Source: Candidatus Omnitrophota bacterium | GTDB taxonomy: Bacteria; Omnitrophota; Gorgyraeia; 2-01-FULL-45-10 | Assembly (NCBI GenBank): GCA_043798375.1 | Contig: JAZDOS010000006.1 | Coordinates: 9,523-73,522 of the forward strand | Direction of reading: 5' to 3' | DNA: 64,000 nt | Shown here: in pieces, positions 54,883 through 64,000 of the stretch | How positions within the stretch are numbered: position 1 is the stretch's first letter | Layout of the letters: every line of letters starts with the position of its first letter | The notes under the pieces: model-generated | The model's input: the letters and a program-made list of their open reading frames with translations, nothing else | Databases searched by the model: none | Told to the model about the DNA's origin: nothing | Made by a program: the position numbers and the translations under genes

Positions 54883-55973
54883 ATGCCGGCTATTCTTTCA
54901 CCGCAAAATTTGCATTTCGAATCTGTGATATTATTCTCCACAACCTCGTAACCGATACGGTTCACTATCATCTTCCCGCAATTCGGGCAATACGTATTCT
55001 CTTTGGGATTGCCGGGAACATTTCCTACATAAACATATTTCAAACCGGCACCCTTTGCTATTTTATATGCTTCATCAAGTTTTTCAACCGGCGTGGGCGG
55101 AAGGTTCTGGAGCCTGAAAGCCGGCATGAACCTGGAGAAATGTAAAGGCACTTCATCCCCGAGACTCTCTTTTATCCATTCACACATCGATTTAATCTCT
55201 TCGGGATCGTCGTTAAGCCCGGGAATGATGAGATTCGTGATCTCGAGCCATACACCCCGGGCCTTCACGGCCTTCAGGGTTTCAAGGACAGGCTTCAATT
55301 CCGCGAAAGCGCCCATTTTTCTATAGAATTCAACGTTAAAACCTTTCAGGTCCACGTTTACGGCATCCATATATTCGAGAAGCTCCGCGAGCGGCTCGGG
55401 ATTAATGTAGCCGCATGTATGCATCCCGTTCTTCAGGCCTTTCGACCTGGCAAGCTTAGAGATGTCGAGCATATATTCATAGAATACGGTCGGCTCTGTA
55501 TAGGTATAGACTATGAACGGGCAGTTGTGTTTCGCGGCTGCGGCTACGGCTGCTTCCGGCGGCATGTCGTAGGCGGCCGTCTCGTCGGGCTTCGCCTGGG
55601 AGATCGTCCAGTTCTGGCAGAAAAGGCAGCGCATATTGCAGCCCGCGACGGCGATCGAAAAGGCGTTCTCACCCGGCAGGACGTGAAAGAATGGTTTTTT
55701 CTCTATGGGATCTACATGAACGGCAACCGGGTTTCCGTATCCCAGCGTATACAGCATGCCGTCCTTATTTACGCGGACCGTGCATGCGCCCCGCTGGCCG
55801 GAATTGATCACGCACCTGCGCGGGCATAAGACGCACTGGACGACATTGCCCTTTACCTTATACCAAAAGCTCGCCACCCTGGGCACGGCCTTATAGTTTT
55901 CCTGCGCCCGGGATTCGGCAATGATTGAAATTGTTAAGGAAAAAAGAAGGGTAACGAAAAGGAGCCTTTTCAC
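54870..55973 (-). CDS. radical SAM enzyme, PFL-activase-like (AmmeMemoRadiSam-system AmrS type)
   Basis: CNMRCLFCQN radical SAM motif; N-terminal CVLCPRRC...GAC zinc-ribbon-like motif. Confidence 0.65.
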   Translation of the reverse strand: MKRLLFVTLLFSLTISIIAESRAQENYKAVPRVASFWYKVKGNVVQCVLCPRRCVINSGQRGACTVRVNKDGMLYTLGYGNPVAVHVDPIEKKPFFHVLPGENAFSIAVAGCNMRCLFCQNWTISQAKPDETAAYDMPPEAAVAAAAKHNCPFIVYTYTEPTVFYEYMLDISKLARSKGLKNGMHTCGYINPEPLAELLEYMDAVNVDLKGFNVEFYRKMGAFAELKPVLETLKAVKARGVWLEITNLIIPGLNDDPEEIKSMCEWIKESLGDEVPLHFSRFMPAFRLQNLPPTPVEKLDEAYKIAKGAGLKYVYVGNVPGNPKENTYCPNCGKMIVNRIGYEVVENNITDSKCKFCGERIAGIWTR

Positions 55974-55988
55974 TCTATATACAACCTC

Positions 55989-57671
55989 TTATTTTATATC
56001 GCGGAGTTCCAGCTGGATCGATTGGAGCCCCTGCCAGTCATTCATGGAAGGTGTATAGGCTATATCTATGCCCGAACCTGTTTTCGGGGCTTCCATGCCG
56101 CCTTTACCGAAGCTGACAGCTTCACAGGTAACCCTGTTATCGGTTACAAGCATTTTGAAACCGGACCTGCCTATCTGGCGCGGGCCGTCCTTCACCGTCA
56201 GGTTGCGCGAGGCGAGAACGGGGCGCGGGTTATCTTCTCCGAAAGGAGAAAGGCTCTCTATCTCGGCTATGACATCCTCGCTCAGCATATTGAGGGGCAC
56301 ATCCATATCGATATCCAGCTTTGGGCTGAATATTCTTTCGTCGGCATCTTTCGCCGCGATGTCATTGATCGCGTCCCTGAATTCCTCTATCTTATCCTTA
56401 TCGATAGTTATGCCGCAGGCCGACTCATGGCCCCCGAAACCCATCAGGCTATCCTTGCACCGCAACAGATATTCGAACAGATGAAAATGCTCGATACTGC
56501 GGCCTGAACCCTTGCCGTACTTCCCGTCCAACGAGATGAGTATCGCGGGACGATAGAACCTGTCGGCTATTCTTGAAGCGACTATGCCGATCACTCCGGG
56601 ATGCCACCCGGCGCTTGCCAGCACTATCACGCGATGGTGCTTGAAGTTGACCTCGCGCTCGACCTTTGAAAGCGCTTCCTCGAGGATACCCGATTCTATC
56701 TTCTGCCTCGTCCTGTTCTCGCTGTTCAGTATGCCTGCCAGTTCTTTGGCTCGCGGCCCGTCTTCGCAAAGCAAAAGCTCGAGCGCCGTCTGCGGCGTGC
56801 CGACACGGCCCATCGCGTTTATGCGGGGGCCCAGGATGAAGCCGATGTGGCCGCTCGATATATCTTTTCCGGTAAGGCCTGATGCGTCCATTAGCGCCTT
56901 AAGGCCGGTTCTTTTTCTCTTATTCAGCTCTTCAAGGCCATGCCTGGTGAGGATCCTGTTCTCGCCGACGATCGGCGCAACGTCGGCTACCGTTCCCAGG
57001 CTTACAAGGTCGAGGAATTCTTCCGCGTTATACGAAGTTCCTTTATACAATGCGCTCGCCAGCTTGTAAGCTATTCCCACTCCCGCAAGATGCTTAAAAG
57101 GATACTTGCAGTTCTCCTGCAGCGGATTGATTACGGCATAAGCCGGCGGTATCCCGGAATCCAATATCTCGTGATGGTCTGTTACGATAACATCTATGTT
57201 CAGGCTTTTAGATACCTCGATCTCCTTAAAAGAGCTTATTCCGCAGTCGACCGTGATTATAAGAGAGACGCCGTCCCTCTGGGCTTTCTTTATCGCTATA
57301 GTGTTAAGGCCATACCCCTCTTCCAGGCGGTTCGGTATATAGGTCTCCGGGTCCGCTCCCAAATTTTTGAGGCAAAGGTATAGAAGCGTTACGCTCGTCA
57401 TCCCGTCCACATCATAATCGCCGTAGATAAGTATTTTTTCGCGCGATGATACGGCCCGCCGTATCCTGGATACGGCCCTGTCCATGTCTTTCAAAAGCAG
57501 CGGGTCATGGCATGACGAAAGCGAGCATTGCATGAAGGCTGAGGCGTCGGAGGCGCTGGCTATCCCTCTATTCAGGAGAAGCTGCGCCGTGATTTTTGAT
57601 ATATTCAGATCGTGCGAAAGAGAGTCCTGAAAGGCCGGGTCGGAATCTTTGATCCTCCAAATCCTTCTCAT
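55989..57671 (-). CDS. recJ: single-stranded-DNA-specific exonuclease RecJ
   Basis: DHH motifs (YGDYDVDGMTS, ITVDCG, DHH) and DHHA1 domain. Confidence 0.85.
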   Translation of the reverse strand: MRRIWRIKDSDPAFQDSLSHDLNISKITAQLLLNRGIASASDASAFMQCSLSSCHDPLLLKDMDRAVSRIRRAVSSREKILIYGDYDVDGMTSVTLLYLCLKNLGADPETYIPNRLEEGYGLNTIAIKKAQRDGVSLIITVDCGISSFKEIEVSKSLNIDVIVTDHHEILDSGIPPAYAVINPLQENCKYPFKHLAGVGIAYKLASALYKGTSYNAEEFLDLVSLGTVADVAPIVGENRILTRHGLEELNKRKRTGLKALMDASGLTGKDISSGHIGFILGPRINAMGRVGTPQTALELLLCEDGPRAKELAGILNSENRTRQKIESGILEEALSKVEREVNFKHHRVIVLASAGWHPGVIGIVASRIADRFYRPAILISLDGKYGKGSGRSIEHFHLFEYLLRCKDSLMGFGGHESACGITIDKDKIEEFRDAINDIAAKDADERIFSPKLDIDMDVPLNMLSEDVIAEIESLSPFGEDNPRPVLASRNLTVKDGPRQIGRSGFKMLVTDNRVTCEAVSFGKGGMEAPKTGSGIDIAYTPSMNDWQGLQSIQLELRDIK

Positions 57672-58618
57672 GAAAACCTGCGCCTTCTGTTTTTCATAGG
57701 CTCTATGTGCACAACGACATCCGTAACGCCGGGGATATTTTCTTTTATAGCCGTTTCTATCCTATAACATATATCATGGGCTTTGTTCACATGCATGTCG
57801 GGGGAGACCTGCGCGTGGAGGTCGACGTGTATGTCGTCTTGCCTGCCGCGGGTCCTTATCTTGTGGCAGCTCTTTACGCCGTTAACGGCCATGCATATAT
57901 TAAATATCTTTTTCACATCCATTATTACGATCGTATCGCAGAGGACGCTGGAGCCTTGTTTGATAATGGAATAGCCCGCATGGGCAATAAAGACGGCTAT
58001 CATTATCGTAACGATAGGGTCGAGGATAGGGTAACCCATCTTTATGGCAAAGATGGCCGCGATGACAGAAAACGAAGTGAACAAGTCCGCCCTCGTATGC
58101 ATCGAATCCGATATGAGGATATCGCTCTTAAGCTCTTTTCCTTTCGCATATTCGTAAGTCATTACGAATACATTGACGAGCATCGTCGCTATCATCACGA
58201 CAAGGCTTATGGCATCCACCTGTGGAAAGGCCGGAGTCTGGAAATTCCTGATACCCTTGGAAATAAGGTTGCAGCATACGAAGAATAGCATTCCCGCTAT
58301 ACCCAGGGAAAACAACGTTTCGTATTTTTTGTGGCCGTAAGGATGAGCTTTGTCCGGGGGGCGGCAGGCAACCGTTATCCCGATAAGCCCGATTATATTC
58401 GACGCGCCGTCGGCAAGTGAGTGAAAACCGTCGGCCGCCATGCTCGTAAAATTGGTGATTATGCCGTAGGCTATCTTGGCCAGCGCCACTCCCCAATTAA
58501 GGGCAAGAATGACCAGGAGAATCTTTTTTATCTCTTCGAAACGCTTTGCCTCGTCTTCGGCCATAATGGAGCCCCGAGTATCCGACTGCATATTTATGTG
58601 CGACATCCGCCGAAGCAT
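57668..58618 (-). CDS. cation diffusion facilitator family transporter
   Basis: Six TM helices plus C-terminal cytoplasmic domain; HSLADGASN motif. Confidence 0.8.
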   Translation of the reverse strand: MLRRMSHINMQSDTRGSIMAEDEAKRFEEIKKILLVILALNWGVALAKIAYGIITNFTSMAADGFHSLADGASNIIGLIGITVACRPPDKAHPYGHKKYETLFSLGIAGMLFFVCCNLISKGIRNFQTPAFPQVDAISLVVMIATMLVNVFVMTYEYAKGKELKSDILISDSMHTRADLFTSFSVIAAIFAIKMGYPILDPIVTIMIAVFIAHAGYSIIKQGSSVLCDTIVIMDVKKIFNICMAVNGVKSCHKIRTRGRQDDIHVDLHAQVSPDMHVNKAHDICYRIETAIKENIPGVTDVVVHIEPMKNRRRRFS

Positions 58619-58650
58619 TTACTCTATTGCCGGTTGATTGCGAAGGCGGA
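58603..58650. repeat. repeat family member ACATCCGCCGAAGCA...TTGATTGCGAAGGCGGATA overlapping the CDF start
   Basis: Identical 15-nt head and 19-nt core to the 51869 copy. Confidence 0.6.
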
Positions 58651-58667
58651 TAGGTTGGTCTTTGAGG

Positions 58668-60905
58668 TCATCTCTTCGAACCGGCTGCCACTCTCGCCCT
58701 GTGCCAGGAGATAACCATAGGGCTCGCGATGTAAATGGTAGAGTAGACTCCGACCAGGAATCCGACAAATATACAGAATGAGAAGTTGTTCAGGACTTCG
58801 CCGCCAAAGAAAAGAAGCGAGACAACTACCAGCGTAGTAATGCCTGTCGTAAGTATGGTTCTGCCGAGCATCTGGTTAACGCTTAAGTTCACGATTTCAC
58901 TGAAAGAGCCCTTCTTGACCATCCGCAGGTTTTCCCTGATCCTGTCATATATAACAACCGTATCGTTTATGGAAAAACCGGCTATCGTCAAAAGAGCCGC
59001 GACGATTGTAAGGTCAAACTGCCTGTGGGTCAGCGCCATCGCTCCAATAGCGAAAATGACGTCATGAATGAGCGCTATGACGCCGGCTATGCCATATTTG
59101 ATATCGAACCTGAACATGATATATATCGCGATCCCCGCCAATCCCAGAATGAGGCTCATCATGGCGTTGTAGCGCAGGTTCTTCCCGACAGCGGGCCCGA
59201 CTGTCTCTACCCTCAATATCTGGAACGTATTATCCTTTATCTGGGCTCGGAAGGCCTGCGCGAGCTTAGTCGAGATATCGGCTTGCGTCCTTACGATGAT
59301 CTCTTTGGGATCGCCGTATTGCTGAATCGAGGCGTTCCCCTGGCCTATATCTTTCAGGACCTTTCTTATATCATCGAGCTTTACCGGTTTTTCGAACATA
59401 TACTGCTGCAGGGTGCCGCCCGAAAAATCTACGCCGTAATTCCTGTCGCCGCGCATTATAAATAGAGCTACGCTGCCTACTATGAAAATCAGGGAAAGGA
59501 TATAACATATCCTCCTCTTGCCGATAAAATCGAAATTCGTTGTTTTGCGGAACAGATGCATGAAATTCAATTTTGAGAGATTGAATTGATCGCACATTAC
59601 CTCAAATACAACTCTCGTGCATGTCACCGCCGTGAAAAGGTTGGCGAGAAGGCCTATCGTCAGGGTTACCGCGAAACCTCTTATCGGGCCGGTCCCGAAT
59701 TTGAATATCAGGGCCGCGGCGACGATTGTTGTGATGTTCGAATCCACGATAGCCGACAAAGCCCTGTGGTAACCTGAGGCTATAGCGGCGCGCAATGATT
59801 TCCCAAGATGCAATTCCTCGCGTATCCTCTCATAAATGAGGACGTTGGCATCAACGGACATACCGATAGTCAATATAAGGCCTGCGATACCCGGCAGCGT
59901 TAGCGTCCCTTTGAAAAGCGCTAATGCCGCCAGTATTAATAAGATGTTAAGAATTAACGCCATGTTGGCAACCATGCCGGCAAGCCTGTAGTAGAATACC
60001 ATGAAACCGACTACCAGGATGCCGCCGATCATCGTTGCCCGGAGGCCGCTTCTGATGGAATCCGCCCCAAGGAGCGGGCCGACGGTCCTCTCTTCTTCTA
60101 CGATGACAGGCGCGGGCAAAGCGCCGGCCCTCAATATGACGGCGAGGTCATTAGCCTGCTCCACGGTAAAATTGCCGGAGATCTGGGCCTGGCCCGAGGG
60201 AATGGCTTCGCGTATGACCGGCGCTGAAACAATTTTACCATCCAAGACGATCGCCAGGCGCTTGCCTACATTAGCCGCCGTTACATTGGCGAAGATTTGA
60301 GCTCCCTTGGAATTGAGCGTGAGCGAAACGTACGGCTCACCGAATCCTCTTGAGCTGAACTCCGTTTTTGCGTTGACCAGAAGGTCGCCTGTAAGGCTCG
60401 CGTCCTTCGCGACCAGAAGCGGTTCGCGGCCCGCGCTTTCGCCTTCCAGATATTTGAGTTCATATCCATCTACGGGCTCGCCGTCGATCGCCTTCTTAAG
60501 GTCTTCCACATTATCCGAAACGAGCTTAAATTCGAGGTGCGCGGTCTTTCCGACTATCTCAAGGGCCCTTTCCCTATCCGTGACTCCGGGCAGCTGAACG
60601 ATTATGTTTTCTTTGCCCTGCCTCTGGATAGACATTTCGCCTACCCCGAACTGGTCGATCCTGTTCCGTATAATCTCAATAGCGCGGTCGATGGCGTCTT
60701 TTCTTGTTTCCAGCGGAATCTTGGCCGTATCGACCTTTAAGACGATATGCATGCCGCCCTGCAGGTCCAGGCCCAGATTTATCTTGCCCTTCTGGATTAC
60801 ATTTCCGTCTTTATCTTTGACCGTAAACGGCGGCCATATGACCCAGAGGCAGGCAGCCGCGATAGCGATTATCCCCAATAATTTCCATTGAAGACTTTTG
60901 TTCAT
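58668..60905 (-). CDS. secDF: protein translocase subunit SecDF (fused)
   Basis: 745 aa with SecD and SecF halves. Confidence 0.85.
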   Translation of the reverse strand: MNKSLQWKLLGIIAIAAACLWVIWPPFTVKDKDGNVIQKGKINLGLDLQGGMHIVLKVDTAKIPLETRKDAIDRAIEIIRNRIDQFGVGEMSIQRQGKENIIVQLPGVTDRERALEIVGKTAHLEFKLVSDNVEDLKKAIDGEPVDGYELKYLEGESAGREPLLVAKDASLTGDLLVNAKTEFSSRGFGEPYVSLTLNSKGAQIFANVTAANVGKRLAIVLDGKIVSAPVIREAIPSGQAQISGNFTVEQANDLAVILRAGALPAPVIVEEERTVGPLLGADSIRSGLRATMIGGILVVGFMVFYYRLAGMVANMALILNILLILAALALFKGTLTLPGIAGLILTIGMSVDANVLIYERIREELHLGKSLRAAIASGYHRALSAIVDSNITTIVAAALIFKFGTGPIRGFAVTLTIGLLANLFTAVTCTRVVFEVMCDQFNLSKLNFMHLFRKTTNFDFIGKRRICYILSLIFIVGSVALFIMRGDRNYGVDFSGGTLQQYMFEKPVKLDDIRKVLKDIGQGNASIQQYGDPKEIIVRTQADISTKLAQAFRAQIKDNTFQILRVETVGPAVGKNLRYNAMMSLILGLAGIAIYIMFRFDIKYGIAGVIALIHDVIFAIGAMALTHRQFDLTIVAALLTIAGFSINDTVVIYDRIRENLRMVKKGSFSEIVNLSVNQMLGRTILTTGITTLVVVSLLFFGGEVLNNFSFCIFVGFLVGVYSTIYIASPMVISWHRARVAAGSKR

Positions 60906-60909
60906 TTAC

Positions 60910-62333
<1,424 letters not shown>

Positions 62334-62336
62334 TTA

Positions 62337-62386
62337 CGTAAGGTGCCTGGCACCTCTTTTGAAAGTTTTTTAATTAGTCCTGCTCC
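62337..62386. repeat. second copy of the 44-nt element aggtgcctggcacctcttttgaaa(g/c)ttttttaattagt, directly upstream of the tgt start
   Basis: Matches 15225..15276. Confidence 0.7.
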
Positions 62387-62410
62387 CAGTAAAATTTTTC
62401 GTCTCTCATT

Positions 62411-62593
62411 GGGGCAGATACCGGCAGCCATTCCCTTGAGGCGAAATGATTTTGCCAAGACTGCACTACAAATATACGTTTTAGCACAATCGTTATCATA
62501 AGAATAAAGACTACCTATTTACTAGATACATCTAAACCAATAATCCTGGATGGCAAAATCCGCCGAAAGGGTGGCTGCCGGTCAATCTGCCCT
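62411..62593. repeat. foldback (MITE-like) element or structured RNA: nested imperfect inverted repeats of about 50 nt flanking an AT-rich core of about 87 nt
   Basis: ggggcagataccggcagccattccc...gaggcgaaatgattttgccaag versus ggatggcaaaatccgccgaaagggtggctgccggtcaatctgccc. Confidence 0.5.
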
Positions 62594-62611
62594 GTTGGAA
62601 TACGAAAAATT

Positions 62612-63643
62612 TTACACGATCAGCATCGCATCGCCATAGCTGAAGAATCTGTAATTTTCCGCGATGGCTTCCCTGTACGCTTCCATAATAAAATCCTTGC
62701 CCGCGAACGCGCTCACCAAAAGCATCAGGGTTGATTTCGGCAGATGGAAGTTTGTGATCATATGATCGACCACCTTAAACTTGTATCCCGGATAGATGAA
62801 AATGTCGGTGTAGCCCGAACGGTTTGCGGTTTGCGGTTTTCGGTTTTCGGAAAAAATTCCGTCGGCGCAGTATTCTAAAACTCGCGTAGTAGTTGTGCCG
62901 ACGGCAAAGACCCTGCCGCCGCTATTCTTGGTTTCATTGATTAAATTTACGGTCTCTTCCTGCAATTCAAAATATTCTCTATGCATCTTGTGACTCTCAA
63001 CATCATCTGTCTTTATTGGTGCAAATGTTCCATAACTAGTGTGCAAAGTAACGTGCGCCAACCGAACACCGATAACCGACAACCGGGCAAGCAGTTCTCT
63101 TGTGAAATGCAGCCCCGCGGTCGGGCTTGCCGTCGCGCCCTCCCGCGAGCCGTAAACGGTCTGATAATCAGTCTTATCGCGTTCCTCGTCGGCCCTGTCG
63201 ATATAGGGCGGCAGCGGCATATGGCCGCATCTGGTCATGATCTCGTCTATGGAGCGGTTAAACTGTACCATCCTGCCTATTTTGCCCGAACCAAGCACCT
63301 CAACCTCGTGCCCGGACTCCAGTAATATGCGCTCTCCGATATTTATCCGGCCCGATGGCCTGACCAAAGCCTCGCATGACACTCCTTTATTATCCAGCAA
63401 AAACAATTCAACCCTCCCCCCAGTCTTCCTGCTTCCGAACAGCCTGGCAGGTATGACTCTGGTGTTATTCAGCACCAGAAGATCGTTTTTTTTGAAATAT
63501 TTCGAAATATCCGAAAAAACTTTATGCCGGACGCGGCGCGACTTACGGTCAAGCACCATCATCCTGCATCTGTCGCGAGCCTCTATTGGATATTGCGCAA
63601 TCAATTCCCTGGGGAGCTTATAATCAAACTCGGATAATTTCAT
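62612..63643 (-). CDS. queA: S-adenosylmethionine:tRNA ribosyltransferase-isomerase QueA, containing heptad-repeat-derived segments
   Basis: MKLSEFDYKLPRELIAQYP N-terminus with a GAGGAAA RBS. The segment FSENRKPQTANR is encoded by 62816..62850, and ARLSVIGVRLA by 63058..63087. Confidence 0.85.
   Translation of the reverse strand: MKLSEFDYKLPRELIAQYPIEARDRCRMMVLDRKSRRVRHKVFSDISKYFKKNDLLVLNNTRVIPARLFGSRKTGGRVELFLLDNKGVSCEALVRPSGRINIGERILLESGHEVEVLGSGKIGRMVQFNRSIDEIMTRCGHMPLPPYIDRADEERDKTDYQTVYGSREGATASPTAGLHFTRELLARLSVIGVRLAHVTLHTSYGTFAPIKTDDVESHKMHREYFELQEETVNLINETKNSGGRVFAVGTTTTRVLEYCADGIFSENRKPQTANRSGYTDIFIYPGYKFKVVDHMITNFHLPKSTLMLLVSAFAGKDFIMEAYREAIAENYRFFSYGDAMLIV
62816..62850. repeat. 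CGGTTTG/CGGTTTT heptanucleotide tandem repeats inside queA
   Basis: cgaacggtttgcggtttgcggttttcggttttcgg. Confidence 0.75.
63058..63087. repeat. AACCGAC-type heptad repeats (complement of CGGTTGT) inside queA
   Basis: ccaaccgaacaccgataaccgacaaccgg. Confidence 0.6.
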
Positions 63644-63655
63644 ACTATTTCCTCG

Positions 63656-63717
63656 CCGATACAACCTGCGAGGTTTTCCGGCAGCTATCTACCTGTTAAC
63701 CTCGCAGGTTGTATCGG
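63656..63717. repeat. REP-like palindromic element (same 20-bp arms as 30576..30637); the right arm encodes the C-terminus of the SpoIID-like gene
   Basis: ccgatacaacctgcgaggtt-N22-aacctcgcaggttgtatcgg. Confidence 0.8.
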
Positions 63718-64000
63718 AAATTTCGGTGCCGGGATAGTAGAATTTCAGGATCTCTTCCGCTTTCTTGCCCTTGCGCGCCTGGCCGTAGGCGCCCCACTGG
63801 CACATGCCGGCACCATGGCCCCAGCCCATGCCTTCCAAAACGAGCGAATTCAGTTTTACGGACGCGTCGAATTTCGTAGACCGGACTTCATTAGGGCCGA
63901 TAAGCTGGCGAAAATCCTTGCCGGTCAAGACTACCGAAATGCCTGCGTCGTCTTTAATCTCTATTTTATCGACTCTATCTGATCTATTTTTCGACAGGAC
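63689..64000 (-). CDS. SpoIID/LytB domain protein, C-terminal part; N-terminus lies beyond the window end
   Basis: GWGHGAGMCQWGAYGQA motif of the SpoIID/LytB family. Confidence 0.6.
   Translation of the reverse strand, partial: VLSKNRSDRVDKIEIKDDAGISVVLTGKDFRQLIGPNEVRSTKFDASVKLNSLVLEGMGWGHGAGMCQWGAYGQARKGKKAEEILKFYYPGTEISDTTCEVNR

Overview
The window is a chromosomal segment of about 52% GC, probably from an anaerobic acetogenic or Wood-Ljungdahl bacterium of an unresolved phylum. Outside one island every gene is on the minus strand.

Blocks from left to right:
- **Left flank (1..2712):** partial tilS, a GH3-family adenylate-forming enzyme, and a PilZ protein.
- **Island (2848..10249):** a roughly 7.4 kb AT-rich element inserted in a tRNA(CAU) gene. 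It is bounded by a 41-nt direct repeat of the tRNA 5' half (2848..2888) and the intact tRNA (10210..10286). It carries a tyrosine integrase, an XRE regulator, a DUF5659-like protein, a P-loop/winged-helix replication-like protein, a TerS-like HTH protein, a standalone Mrr_N-like winged-helix protein, and a secreted cargo trio ending in a LamG/PEP-CTERM protein behind a sigma-54 promoter.
- **Housekeeping and Wood-Ljungdahl block (10495..30453):** a larE-like gene, mnmA, apbE and a DRTGG-domain protein; then an AcsE paralog, panE, panB; then the carbonyl branch acsE, acsD, cooC, RACo/acsV, acsC and acsB; then the methyl branch metF, folD, fchA and fhs.
- **Core genes (30616..42272):** rnhB, rplS, trmD, rpsP, murA, prmC, prfA, rpmE, rho, coaE, glgA and polA.
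- **Right block (42588..64000):** a BNR-repeat secreted protein, homospermidine synthase, an RND pump with outer-membrane factor and MarR but no membrane fusion protein, PilZ plus a CheY-like receiver, a fused membrane/spermidine-synthase protein, a CcdA-like membrane protein, a radical SAM enzyme, recJ, a CDF transporter, secDF, yajC, tgt, queA and a partial SpoIID-like gene.

The segment is rich in small dispersed repeats:
- Hairpin-forming heptanucleotide repeats (CGGTTTG/CGGTTTT) inserted in frame in trmD, tgt and queA.
- A palindromic REP-like family whose arms overlap gene 3' ends.
- Several other conserved intergenic repeats.

No CRISPR array or rRNA gene is present.
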